Below are positions 27,705-41,000 of a stretch of DNA of 64,000 nt, one piece after another. This DNA is from Lingula anatina (lineage: Eukaryota > Animalia > Brachiopoda), in the NCBI GenBank assembly GCA_051362555.1, contig CM120646.1, positions 5,642,001 to 5,706,000 on the forward strand. Reading direction: 5' to 3'. Below the pieces are notes generated by a model. The model saw only the letters and a program-made list of their open reading frames with translations. It did no database searches and had not been told where the DNA came from. Within the stretch, counting starts at the first letter, position 1, and every line of letters starts with the position of its first letter. Both the position numbers and the translations under genes were made by a program.

Positions 27705-28517
27705 CTATGTTTTATTAGAGCCAGCATTCACTTGAAATGTATGTGCTACTGAGGACTTGAATAGTCCATCTGAAGAAGTCCTGCTGCGAGAAGACACGTG
27801 TTCTAGTTCCTCTTCCACATGTCTGCGAGCAGCATTGGTTTTTTTGAAAAATAATTTGGCATACTCGTAGGATCCTATCATGATGGCACAGGCAGGGGCC
27901 ACTTTTACCACCCGGGGCACTATTCCTATCATAGAGAAAAGAAAATGAAAACTTTATGTTGGTTTACATAATGGCATTACAGTGACACTACCACAATCAA
28001 ATACTTTCTTTTTGATCAGGAGCTACATTTGCTTCATCAGGTGGTTAAAGGTCAATGTTTAAAGGTACTTATGAACCGAGCATCGGTGGAGCGTGGATTC
28101 CCAGTAACACATGTAAACCACTTCTACTAGTTTCTTATACGACTCTAATAAATTTGACATGCCAAGGGATAAACTGAATAAATCACCCGATCAGCCATAA
28201 AAGAGCTTTAGAGTGCTCCTTTCTTTAAATTTTTGGTTGTCAATTTAACCTACTTTCGTGACCTACTTTTCTGCCCCATTGACATACAGCATAGAATGCT
28301 AGCAGAAAAATCTGTTCAAACATCACTTTCCGGTAAAATTAAACAGTGCCTTTTGGTAATTCTCTTAGTTCTACTACTTGAAACTATATGCTGGCATTTG
28401 GTTGGTTTTTATGAAAAAAATTGACTTTGTATCAAATTGTATGTATCTTTAATAAAATTAGTTTTAAATAAGTGAAAAGATGCAAATTCAAAAGTTAATG
28501 ACTAACTCTGAATCCAG

Positions 28518-28548
<31 letters not shown>

Positions 28549-31401
28549 CGTATGTTCCAAAAGTAAGTCTGTGAATATCTCATATGCAATTCTCCAAAGA
28601 AAATCAAAGAATTATGGTAAATCAAACTTATCAATCATATTCTTAAGTTCTCTGTCAAATAATTTGACATTTTCTTTGTTATTTAGAACAATCCACTGGT
28701 ATGTCTTAATATGCTATTGCCAGATGGCTGTACATAACTATAACACTTACCTGTAAACCAGGAATTATATCCTTTCTTGCTTCTCATTTCCATCAATAAT
28801 TTCAAAGTTGATGTTGTCACTTTGTTCATTTGTCCTGCAATACAAAAGGGTATAATGATACCACTATTCTAACTTTTAAGTGATAAATCAAAATTAATCT
28901 AAGTGATTAATTAAAATTTACGATTAATTAAAATTTCTACAATTCCTTAACTTTTCTATATGAGATAATCTCTCAGAGATAATGAAGCTGCTTTTGGCGA
29001 AAACATACTGATAATTAGTCACATAACAGAAAATAACTTTTTAGAAAATATGTAACAGTTACAGTTAGGCAGTGAAAAAATTAACAGGGGTTTCCTCAGT
29101 GTAACTTTAAGAGGCCTATGACACACTTTAAAAAAATTAGGATCCTTTCTTTAAAACATTCGTCCTCTAAGTTCAAAATACAGAGACAACCCTGATGTAT
29201 GCAGTGGAATTTCTACCTTTACGTTCCATATCTCCCATTTCAATTTGCCTGTGGGTTTTGACTACATCAAATGGTAAAGTTAGGACTCCAGCAATCTTGA
29301 AATAGAAATAAATTACTGGGTTCCAAATTTTAACAACATTAGGCAAAATAACAAAATCTAAATCATGACAAAAAAATATACATGTACTAATAATTATAAA
29401 GTTGTAGACTGATTTTGCTTACTACAGACTTCATGATGCCCTTCAATGATTTTTAACATTAAACCAGCATATTCCAGATATTCCTTATAGACACATATAA
29501 ATCAAATATAAATTTATTCAAATTAATAATCTGGGGCCGGTTTCACAAAGCAGTAGTTAGTTAGCGATCGGTAGTTAGCCTATCGCTAGTTAGAGTGCCG
29601 TTTCACGAAGCAGTCGCTAGTTCTCTCGCTCGTTATTGTCTCGTTGTTGCCTTGGATATTTAACGACTGGTCAGACCAGTCGCTAACTCTAGAGTTTCAT
29701 CGTACGCATGCGTAATGAGTGAAATAAAAAGGTTGCTTAGTTACCGTTGTCTGTCGTTTGTCTTTGTATCCAATATGGCGGCTACTTTTCTTGCTATCCG
29801 TACCGCCAGACGGCAACGTAGACTACGACGTTTTCATGAAAGGCAGAATCTATTAGAATATACACACGATGATGCAATTTACGAGAGGTTGCGCCTAGCT
29901 GTGACAAAAAGAGCGGCAAAAAGGTGGTGGAGATCCTTTACGACGACCTCAAAGCAGACGTTCTTATGCATTTCCAGCCACCAAAAATTGGAGAGTTAGT
30001 GCTTTCGTGACACTTTTACGCAAGAGTTCCACTTCCGGCAGACGGTTTCGAGACTACGGTGAGTAACGAGAGAACTAACGACCGAACTTTACGACTGAAC
30101 TTAGCGATGAGTTAACGACTGCTTCGTGAAACACCCCTCGAAAATCGCTAAGTTTGCTCGTTAGCGAGGTAGTTCAGTAGTTAGTTGTTCTAACTAACTA
30201 CTGCTTTGTGAAACCGGCCCCTGATCTAAATCTGATGTAGTAAATAAATCTGGCAAAGAAGTGTTTTCATAAGCCACATTAGAATTTATTTGGCACTTGA
30301 CTAATATGTACTCCATTAAAGTCAGCCTCACATAGTATTAATTCAAAAACAGGACTACTTACAGTGCCAGATATAGCACCAGATGCGAACGCTTGCCAGA
30401 AGGATGGCTCACGTGCATTCTCCCCAGCAATTAACGTCTTGAAAATTTCGTAACTACACCAGTATATACCTGAATGAAAAAACATAAAAAGATTTACAAT
30501 TGTTGCTTGAAAATCAAAATTTGTAATGAGTGTTTTTAGTGTTTTTATCTTCATGCTTCATATAAAATTACTAAATGTTAAAACATTTCTAGAATAAACT
30601 TGCAATCCCACCATCTTTATCTCCAATTCCAACATATTCATACAACTTATCAAATTTAAACTTGAGAAAGGGACCTGAGAAGGGCACATCTCTGAGAAGT
30701 GATGGTCCAAGACCCTGCCACAGTGATAGCACTCCTCCATGTTTCACTGCGCCCCGGACTGCGAGACCTAACTGGCCGTAACTGAGATGCTGAGACTGCT
30801 TCTTGGTGCGTATCAGTTCCAGTGGAGAGACAACAGTGGTGGTTAAGACTGAAACATTTCAATGAGTTCTCATTACATATAAACATTGCAGTTAACTGGT
30901 AATTCATACTGCTAAAAAATTTTTTTCAACACTTAAGCACTTCAATTAATTTTCTACTTAGAATTTCTTACATTCAAAGTTAGACACCTACCAGTGATAA
31001 CTTCCAAATTCATATTTTAAGAACCAAGGGTGACTATGATTCCAAATGGTTAAAAAAATTTCTATGTTTTCTAAAATAATTACTCCTGCTTAGAAGTATA
31101 AGAATATCAGCAAATTCTACTATCTTCTCCATATTTTTCTTTTTAATAATTCATACAGACATTACCTCTGGCAGACATGCCTGCCAGTACAGGAACAAAT
31201 GCAGTCTTTCTGTTGTCTTCTCTATAGCCCATCTTGTACTTGAGCTGGTCATACACAGTGAAGTATAACATGGTAGCAGGAACTGCCATCACTCTGGAGA
31301 ATTCGTGAAGAATTGATCAATGATTATCAGACTAAATCATTATCATGACACCCACAAAGCAAAAACTTTTATTTATAAAGATAATTCTTCAGCATGCAAA
31401 A

Positions 31402-31444
<43 letters not shown>

Positions 31445-32878
31445 AGGCAACCAGTGTTAAAAAAACAATGCATATCAAAATAATTTGAAGCTATTTAAAT
31501 CAACTTGTTCCATACAAAAGTCATAATAATATCAGCCACAGCTTGATGCTGAACCAAATGAAGGATGGATTCGATATAATATTTGATAATAAATAAGTGC
31601 ACGATAAGTATAAGTACTGAGCTTAATTTCTTTTAATAGCAGACATAGGGAAAGTGCCCATTTGCTTGAAATGCCAGAGGACCTGCAAAATTTTTGATAT
31701 CACAGGTCCTCTGGACTGACAAGGTTTCAGTGAAAAAACTATACAAAAATCACATGTAAATACAGACTAGGAGAAATAAAATAAGTTTTTCCCCCAATTC
31801 TGAAATACTTCACTTACAAAGTTGGTGACAGCCCACTCCACAGTGAAGGTATCCCTTCATGTCTGGCAATTCTTATCATAGCATCCTAATAATGAAATCA
31901 ATGCTTTAACATTTTGTAACAGTAGCAAAGTGGCCAAGAAATATAAATGCAAAACAGTTAAATGTATGAGCAACATCTGATGGTTATATAAGTTGTTATG
32001 AAAACATATTCAGTTGACAGAAACATTGTTGTGGACAGCCAATCAGTGACTATTTATCTCATAGAAAAATGAAATCTGTAAACTTATAGTTTGACTGACT
32101 AATATTTGAGTTAAATCTTTATCTAATATTCTTAAAAACAATATGTCCCCTTACTGCTGTCCCTGTAAGTTTGGGTCCAGGTATTCTCTTCTTATACCAG
32201 TGCACATCTTCTTTGCAGGCATCTCCGTTCTCACACGTACACACATGCTCCATCAGGCCGTTGTTCATTATAAAGCACTCGCCTGCCTTCAGAGGTCTCT
32301 CCTGGGCCTGGAGACGAATCTTCACCACATCCAGGGGGGTTACTGAAAGGTCAGAGTTTACACATTTTTTTTTACAAAAATTATCTTCATGATGGGCAAA
32401 ATTAATTGGTTTTCAAAGGGTAGGACTTGGGATGGTGTGAAGCCAGGGATAACTTGAGATGTTCAAAATTTGAGATAAGATGGCCACTGGAAATAATTTT
32501 CTGGATATTTAACTATTATTAAATATTATCTGAGACTACTAGTATAGCCTATATGATAGCATAAAACAGGGAATATAGAACCTGAATATTACAATCCTAA
32601 CAGTAAAGAGCCTGATCAGTACAGTTTGCATTAGGACTACACAGTGTAAACATCAAAATTTTGAACAGTTATAAAATACAACCAGACAAGCACTCTGTTA
32701 ATGCGCAGCTTTTCCACCATATCATTACAAATACAGATCATCCCGATGAATATTTAAGCGTAACTATTAAAGCGTAACGCTGATGTGATGCCACCTTACC
32801 AAACAGTGAGGTAAGCATGGCCCCACAGGATGAGGCGATCATCTGCTGTAATGGGGAGATTCTATCTCGATCCTCCAT
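27705..32878 (-). CDS. SLC25A40: Mitochondrial carrier of the SLC25A39/SLC25A40 subfamily (9 exons, complete)
   Basis: Exons 32878-32800, 32342-32155, 31885-31818, 31293-31166, 30848-30675, 30469-30363, 29295-29217, 28834-28751, 27925-27705. Three carrier signatures ([24 protein letters not shown]), the Cys-rich first matrix loop ([15 protein letters not shown]) and [18 protein letters not shown]. It cannot be assigned to A39 versus A40 and is probably a co-ortholog. Confidence 0.92.
29534..30220 (+). mobile_element. PIF/Harbinger-type non-autonomous element (internal deletion derivative) in an SLC25A40 intron
   Basis: Perfect ~31-bp TIR gggccggtttcacaaagcagtagttagttag / ctaactaactactgctttgtgaaaccggccc; 3-bp TSD CTG (29531-29533, 30221-30223); CpG-rich interior with the ORF remnant [41 protein letters not shown]. 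Confidence 0.88.
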
Positions 32879-33317
32879 CACAAATTTCTGTAAAATCTAT
32901 CCGTAATTTAGAGATAGATACCCCGCCATTTTTTTCACCAAAGATGAAGCTCATGCATACTAAACAGGAATACTTTTTAAACGCGTGCCTTGCCGTCGCA
33001 CACTGAGCTCATGACCCATTTTGTAACTGGGTCAAGGTCATATCCAATCCATGGAGCTGATTGATCTTTTATTGTTTTACTTCGATCTTATAGATTATAT
33101 ATTTTTTCAATAATATGGAATGCAAGTGATTACTACACCCCTCTAACCAAATAAACTTAGACATATATAACAATTATTAAATATGGTGCCAATACAACTA
33201 AAAACCTTATTTACATATGATATCGAAACAAAGATAGTAATCAAATAATAGACCTTCTTTCCAACACGACTGATAGAATTTCGTAGTTCAATATTTTGCG
33301 GTGTTGTCGGCGCCAAA
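32879..33317. promoter_or_regulatory. Probable bidirectional promoter between the SLC25A40-like and tetraspanin genes
   Basis: Divergent start codons with only 439 bp between them; locally CpG-enriched; YY1-like cgccattt at ~32923 and CCAAT motifs. Confidence 0.65.
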
Positions 33318-35460
33318 ATGTGCGGAGGGTTCAGCTGCTCAAAGAACGCCCTTGCGGCGTTAAACATTCTGTATATAGTAAGTAAATTTTTTGAGTTTTG
33401 TGTCATTTACTTCACCAAACGCTGACGCCGGTTTCCTCCATTCGCGAAAGACTCAGTGTCGGTGAGTCGAGCAGTCACCTTTGCTTTGTCATCAGCCAAA
33501 GACAAACAAGAACTGAAGAAGACGAACTTGTGGAAAAATTTGTCTTATAGTTGTCCAAGAAGCTTGTTTATTTAAAGTTTGAAGTCTGTATTGCTGTGGC
33601 ATGCCATGTAGTCTGTCAGTACTCATTTTAATGCAAAAGAGGAAAAAGGGATGAAATAAATTCCAAGTCATCTTAGACTGAGATGATGTCAGATGCAGTT
33701 ACAATGAAATCGTGACGCACAGCAGCATTATTTTGTTACTTGGACATGAACTGAAAGCTTAAATTAAGGCTATGTCAAAGATTATGACGATAAGAAAAAA
33801 TGGTACTTACTTAGGCGTTACCTAAAGCTAAAGAGTTATACCCATATTTTAACATAGAGTTACAAAATGCAGGATTTAAAAAACGAGTGCTTAAAACACC
33901 TGAGCATATCTGAGGCCATTTAAGTGATTATTCTCGATCATATATATTAATAGATTAATGCCTGCATTCATATCACCAAAAATGATGAAAATAAACACCT
34001 CCTTTCAAACATTGCCACCTGCCAACCATTTAGTGACAGTTTTAATTTTTGGGTACTCCAGAAGTCAGTACTAAAAATTAAGATTGAAAGAAAGATGTGA
34101 TTTGAAAACCATCTCATAAGCATGGGTTAAGGATATTCCCATATTGTTAGGAAAGGATGAACAAATGTTGGTTTGTCTGAGGGAAAGTATACTGATGTAT
34201 CCCAGGAATATTAATTAAGATTTTTTTGCAGGATTATCTTTTAAAACCTGTTTACAAGTCTTTAATCAAAATCTACATTTTTCTTTACATTACATCTTAA
34301 TTTTGTCTCAAAGATAATAAGACACTGCAGAGGTAAAGATGATAGTGCTGTAGCTGTAACCAGAATATCTCCATGCTATATGTATATATATCACAATATT
34401 GTTTACATTGGTACTCCTTTTTGGGGCCCTTGATGCCCTTTTATGACCCTTTCACAATTACTCATCATCACTGTGGTTTAGAAATGTTCTCCAAGCATCA
34501 GAAGGGATCCAACATGACCTCTAAGTATCACATTTAGTCAGTGATTATCATATTAATTTATACTGGAACCTGTCATATAAAAATTAGGATAAATATTTTT
34601 ATTAGTTATAGTTATTAGTAATCTGTAGAAGTTAAAGTGATAATAACTCTTCGTTTCGGCCAAAAAATGAATTTTCCTGGAGTAAACAACAATTTTCCCA
34701 TACTTACCAAGGGTTAATGAATCCATTTTTACATTCAAAGTTAGTCCCTGTTTTTTTTCTAAAAAGTTTGGTTTTTTGTTAAAATCTCTTAAGAGATTTT
34801 AACAAAGTATAGCCATCAATGGAGGTCACCTGGTCTAAAGACAAGCTCAGATATCAGAATAATAGCTATAACTGCCGTTTTTGTGGTAAAACAGAATATA
34901 TTATATTTCTATGAGTTATTCACAATGTTTTTATTTTGAAAAATAGATCTCATACGAAGAGTTATTATCCCTTTAAATTGATAAAATTCAAATTTGAGGA
35001 AATATTAAAAAAAGTAAATGATCTGAGTTTATTTCAAGGCCACTTATTTCAGTAGACGAAGGACTTATGGTTAGCATTTTTAAATAATGTGATAGTTGCG
35101 TGCTTGATTCAGTAACCATTCCCCAAAACATAAATCAAATGATAACTGGCAAAATTTGCGTAGTCAGTCATATGGGAAACAAGTCCAAGGTCAAAAGTGG
35201 TTTTACATGTACAAAAAATATCCATTTTGATTGTGGATTGAAATTTTTTTTGTGATATTGCATTTTTATTTCATTTTCATTAATTGCAGAGTATATGCAC
35301 TATACATACAGAAATTTATTAATTTTTTTATTTGTGAGTGAATGTTTCAAAAAGCGTGTTTCATTTTTGATTAATTACCTTGAGCATCTGAGTGTATGAA
35401 TGTTGAATGAGAATTTAACTAGCTCTTTGCAAAATCAATAAATATCTACTGTATTTTAAC

Positions 35461-35495
<35 letters not shown>

Positions 35496-36628
35496 GCTCC
35501 AGACAAGGTGTGAAAACATAGAATGGAAGAATTTAATATTCATTAAGCAGGTACTAGTATGAACTTCCAACCAAGTGACCTTTTCTACAGAAGCCTGCAA
35601 CATGTGTTTATCAAGATTAATTTGAATATATATATATATATATATATATTATGGTGTCAGGTGGTTGAAGGTCTAAGCTGAGTAAGTATGACTTCAGCAA
35701 TCAGCTGATATTAAACAGACTGGTGCATGTGTAACTAGACCAGTGTGATTAGTCATGCCGTTTAAAGGTTAAGTCATTAATTCTAGACAGTGTGTAGCAG
35801 CATAGTGGCATCAAGGTATAAAATTTTTCTCTGTCATTGAATGTCCATTTTTTTCACCCCTGTGTTGCCAATGTGTCTCTGATGCTCATTTCCACCACCA
35901 GTTTATAACAGTGGTTAAGTCATTAATTCTAGACAATGTATAGCAGCATAGTGGCTTCAAGATATAAAACGAGTATGAACAATACAAATAAATTTGTATT
36001 CTATTCTATAAATTTGTAAGGCCATTTATGTGAAATATGTAACATTACTGAATGTCCATTTTTTCACTCCTGTGTTGCCACTGTGTCTCTGATGCTCATT
36101 TCCACCATCAATTTATATCTGTGGCAAACAAACAGATTCTGAAGGAGGTTGGAGGCAGAGGGGGAGGGGGGTCTTCAGTGACCCACTGACTATTACTGAT
36201 ATTGGTAAACAGAAAAGTGCTATGGTATGTTATGATGTCTATTTAAACATCAACCTGTGTCAAAAACAGGACAAAGTTTTGTGTCAAATTTGTCATATGT
36301 ATCAAAATTTATTTAATCTGCGTGGGATGAAATGAACAACTTCTATATTATGCTTAACACTGTGTATTCAATCATTTTAATGGATATGAGATACTGCCAG
36401 TTTGTATAGTTTCAGGAATTATGAAAGAAATGTGTGCTGTTTTATTGTGATGGCTAGCTGTATATCCGCTGAGCATGACTGTTTTGAGACTGAAAATATC
36501 ATTTGTCTTACTAGTAATCTGTCTGGTAAAAGAACTATCTGCATTTTTATAGCTGACGCTCTGAGCTAGCAAATGATAAATTGCACTATTTAATTTGAAA
36601 TGATAAATTGCAACTTGCAAATCTCGTA

Positions 36629-36661
<33 letters not shown>

Positions 36662-37794
36662 ATTACCATAACCATAAAATTGAATTTTCAGAACCATCAT
36701 TGAATATCCACATGCAATGGAACATCAATTTTATCAGACATAAGAGTGTAAGGTATCTATATTTAGAATATTTTGTAACATAAGATTGGGGTACTATCAG
36801 TCTGGGAATAATCTTGTTATCTTTGTGTACAACAGTACTGAGTAAATGTACATACAGTATTCTTCTTGAATCATTATAATCAAAGGAGGCATAGAGAAGA
36901 ACTGTTTTGAACAGTGATGGCTTTAGGTCTTTCCTTTCATTTTGAAATGGCCGTGTTATTTGACTTCATAGCGCGAATGATTTTTAATTTATTTAAAGTG
37001 GACGTTGAAAAAAAATCAAGATCACTCATTGCATGAGGAGGTGATCGTGTTTTACTGGATTCGTAATTTTTTTCATACAAATGTAACACCAGCAAACAAT
37101 CGCAGTCAAGCTTTTAAAGAACAGGGTAAATAGAGAATATGGTCCATATTGAGATATGAAATATATATGCTTGTATAAAATTATGTTGGATGTAATATGT
37201 GTTTATGATATCTCCATGAGGGTATCAATATGCATGTCAAGGTCAGTGTAGGGTCAAGGTCATATTGAGGATGGTTTTAGTCCAAAGCAACTGAATGTTG
37301 ATATTTTTCATTCCTCCCCCTCCCTTAAAAAGTGGTTATTTTCAAGTGGTTATTTCCTTAACACTAAAAAAAATTCACTTTTGATGAAACAGTTCTGAAC
37401 TTGATATTTGTTCCATAATTATAATTACACAGTTCCACAGTTATGAAATTACTACAATATTATTTCTTGTAATTAGAGCCATATTTATGTTCTGTCTTAA
37501 TTGCAATCTGTAATGAGAATCTGACATCAGAATTAGGAGCAGCTGGCATCAATTTTTGTTGTTATATATTACCTCACTGAATTAATGGATTTGAAGATTA
37601 ATGGTGTGATGAGGATTTAAGGGTTACAGACATGATTATAAGGACAATTGAACAACATGATGCAGGCATTCTGTTTTAACAGAAATAAAAAAAAAATGGA
37701 ATAATAATATTATAATGGATGGATTAATGAACTGGTTTTGCTTCCTCACTCACACCCAGATGCTAGGAAGAAGAAAGTCAACAGACATGTTATT

Positions 37795-37825
<31 letters not shown>

Positions 37826-37984
37826 GAATATTTATAGATTAGTTAATTAATTAATAAATAGAACAATGAAATATTTTGGCTTTGAAAACACATTTATGAA
37901 AAGTTGTCACCAATGACACATGCAGGAGATATTTCAGCTCTCATTTACTGGTTACTTGTTTGCCCCCCCCCTTCATCCTCCTCT

Positions 37985-38034
<50 letters not shown>

Positions 38035-41000
38035 CTGGAACATGAATATTTTAAAATAATATTAAAGTTAAATGTGTTTTCTATCAGTTACAGTGGTTGT
38101 TGTTAGGACCACAGAGGGATAACATTTGGTTATGCAGTGAGATCTTTTCATAGGAGGCTGTCAGGCCCGTAGCCAGGGGGGGTTCGGGGGGTTCGAAAGA
38201 ACCGCCCCTTTTGCTGGGAAAAGGTCCACTCTGGGTAAAATTTGATCTAGGTACATGATGTTTTTATGGAAAAAGGTCCACTTTTTCAGAAAAAGAACCC
38301 CCCTTTTGAAATTGCTGGCTACGGGCCTGGCTGTTATGCTGCTCAGTTACTTGCACTGAGATGGACCAGCTTGGCTTGACCTGAAATGAAAACTCAGAAA
38401 GGGCCCTGTGGATGTATTTGGTAGTACAGGCATTGCTTTGTACATGTATCCAGAATGTACAGACCAGAGTTGATAAGATTAAAGCTGATCTTTTATTAGG
38501 CTTACAAGATCACAAAGACCAGCGTGTTGACTCAGGCTCCCCTGTGCACACACTGGAAACCATCTGTCATTTGTGCGGCTGTAGAAGTCGTGATGTTCTA
38601 TTGAATAGGCTTGAACACATGGTATTTAGTGCAATAAGGGAAGAAAGTTTATTGACTCGGGTGCAGAAGTGTATATACCTCTGTAAGGTTAACAAGCAAG
38701 GCATTTGGGAGTTTAAAATCCCCCACCCAATCTAACAAAAAAATAAGAAATAAAATAAAATGAAATAAATATAATATTATATATATATATATATATAAAG
38801 AAGAAAATGGATTGCCCTTAATGTGCTAAAGCAAGACTTTTTGTTCAGGGATGGAGTTATGCCCCATACTGTACAGATTGCCATCTCACCTCACATTAGA
38901 AATGTGTTAAATTGATAAATGCTCCAAAATGCCTGTGCTTATGCTAAGAAACAAGAAATATAAATGCTCATATTTTATATTTTCAAAGGGATTTTTGTTT
39001 TTTATTAGCAAAAAAGTTGTCACCAATAACACATGCAAGAATAGTATTACTTAAAAACACAGCTTATCATGTTTTTTTTTATTTTTTTTTATCAGCTATA
39101 ATCATCTACTTGGCATTGTGACTAAGTGCAATTGATGGTTACTACTAGACAGTCATTGTATCAGAATTAATGGGTGCTATAATGTGGAAATAGTTTCAAT
39201 GAGATTCCTATTAGATGACTGTTGCAGTAAGAGCAGTTTTATTGAGCAGGGTTAATTCAACATTTCATTGTGAACAGACTTGATCTTATTAGCCTGTTTG
39301 GAATCGATTGGGTGGCTGAAGTAGCATTTAACATGGCACATAGGCAGTATGCATCTGAAAGAAAGTCATGTTGATGTTTTTCTGTTTTAGATAGCACTTA
39401 TATTTTATTGCATTTTTTAAGTCATAGTGATGTTTTTCTGTTTTAGATAGCACTTATATTTTATTGTATTTTTTAATTTTTTTTGTTAATTAAGGGAAAG
39501 TTAAGTCATTTTTGCATTTCTCAAGTTAAAGTGAATCATATCTGGCCAGTTGTCAGCTCTTTGACCTGTGAAAGCAAAACATAGAATGGTACTTCTAATC
39601 ACATACTGTAGAAGCATAAAGGTAAACCAGTTACTTGGTGGCTTTGCTTTGTCACAGATAATCATGGTATTTGACTTACAAGTACTGTGAACAAAGAGCA
39701 GCTAAGGACATGCTTGTTTCACTAATCCTATGTTTCAGCACCTTGGTTCACAGGGAACAAAAGAATGATTAAGTAGCTGTCTATATAACACCTGTGTTAC
39801 CTGGTCAAACATCATTTCACAGTGTTATGTAATGTAGGAGATAGTTACCTGGCTGTGAAGGACCAGCTGTGTTTCCAAGATGTGAAACGGATATTTATGA
39901 TTTCAAAGGCTTTGGTCTGAGTGATTCTGCAAATCAGTAGACCTTTTTTTCATAGACCGAAATTTTAGTAATCTTAGCAGAGTCAAATGCCAACACAGGA
40001 AAAAGTTTTTTAAAAAATAGTGTAATTTCATGCATTCTGGTGAATTTTAATCAAAATTATTATGGCATTTATTCTTTTCTTAAGAGAACTTAATAGACTG
40101 CAGGACCACACATACAAAATAAATAAATAGTTAAATTATGAAACATGTTGCACACTGATATATTGATGACATCTCCAACTTGCTATTATTCAGAAAAGAG
40201 TCTATAACAAGTGTCATTAATCCATTTAATAGCATTATTATTATTACTATTATTGTTGTTGTCATTGTTTTTATAACTATTATTGTTATGATGTGATCCT
40301 GTTTTATTTTCAGTTAGTCTCATTCATCCTGATAGGTGTGGCAGCCTATGCCAAGGCAATGGCGGTGGTCACCAGCCTGGCCCTGGTAGGGGGGATCATT
40401 GCCTGTGGAGTGTTCTTACTACTGATAGCCATCATAGGACTCATTGGAGCTATCAAGCACCACCAGGTGCTGCTCTTCTTTGTATCCTTGACCTGTGACC
40501 TTGATAGAAAAGGCGCGTTTACATTGAAGGGGGAGTTCTGGTTTTATTGTACCACCAGCGTTAGCGCTGGCGGTACACATGGTTTCGGTCCCGTCCGGAT
40601 CGTTCCGCCGGCTCCGCCGGCTCCGTTGGCTCCGCCGGCTCCGCCGGCTCCGCCGGACGGCTACCGTTACCGCTTCTCCTCCTAGACGGTCAGGGCCCCC
40701 GTACCCATCTCATGGATTTAGGTCACCTATAATCTCAACTCGTTCCACGTAAAATTTGGGCTTTGTCGGTATTGGGGTCTGGGTGTGGCACTCATTGCAA
40801 TGCACCCTTGTCTAAAAATGGCAAAATTAAATGCTAATTATCTACCCTACGGAAGGAGTTATGGGAAAAATTTCTATAGACGGCTTTCCAAAAGTCATAT
40901 GTGTAGATTTCAAATATACCCTTGGATTTGACCTTTGACCTCTACTTCAAGGTCAAATGGGCCAAAATTTTCAAAAAAATGAAATTTTTTACGAAAAAAT

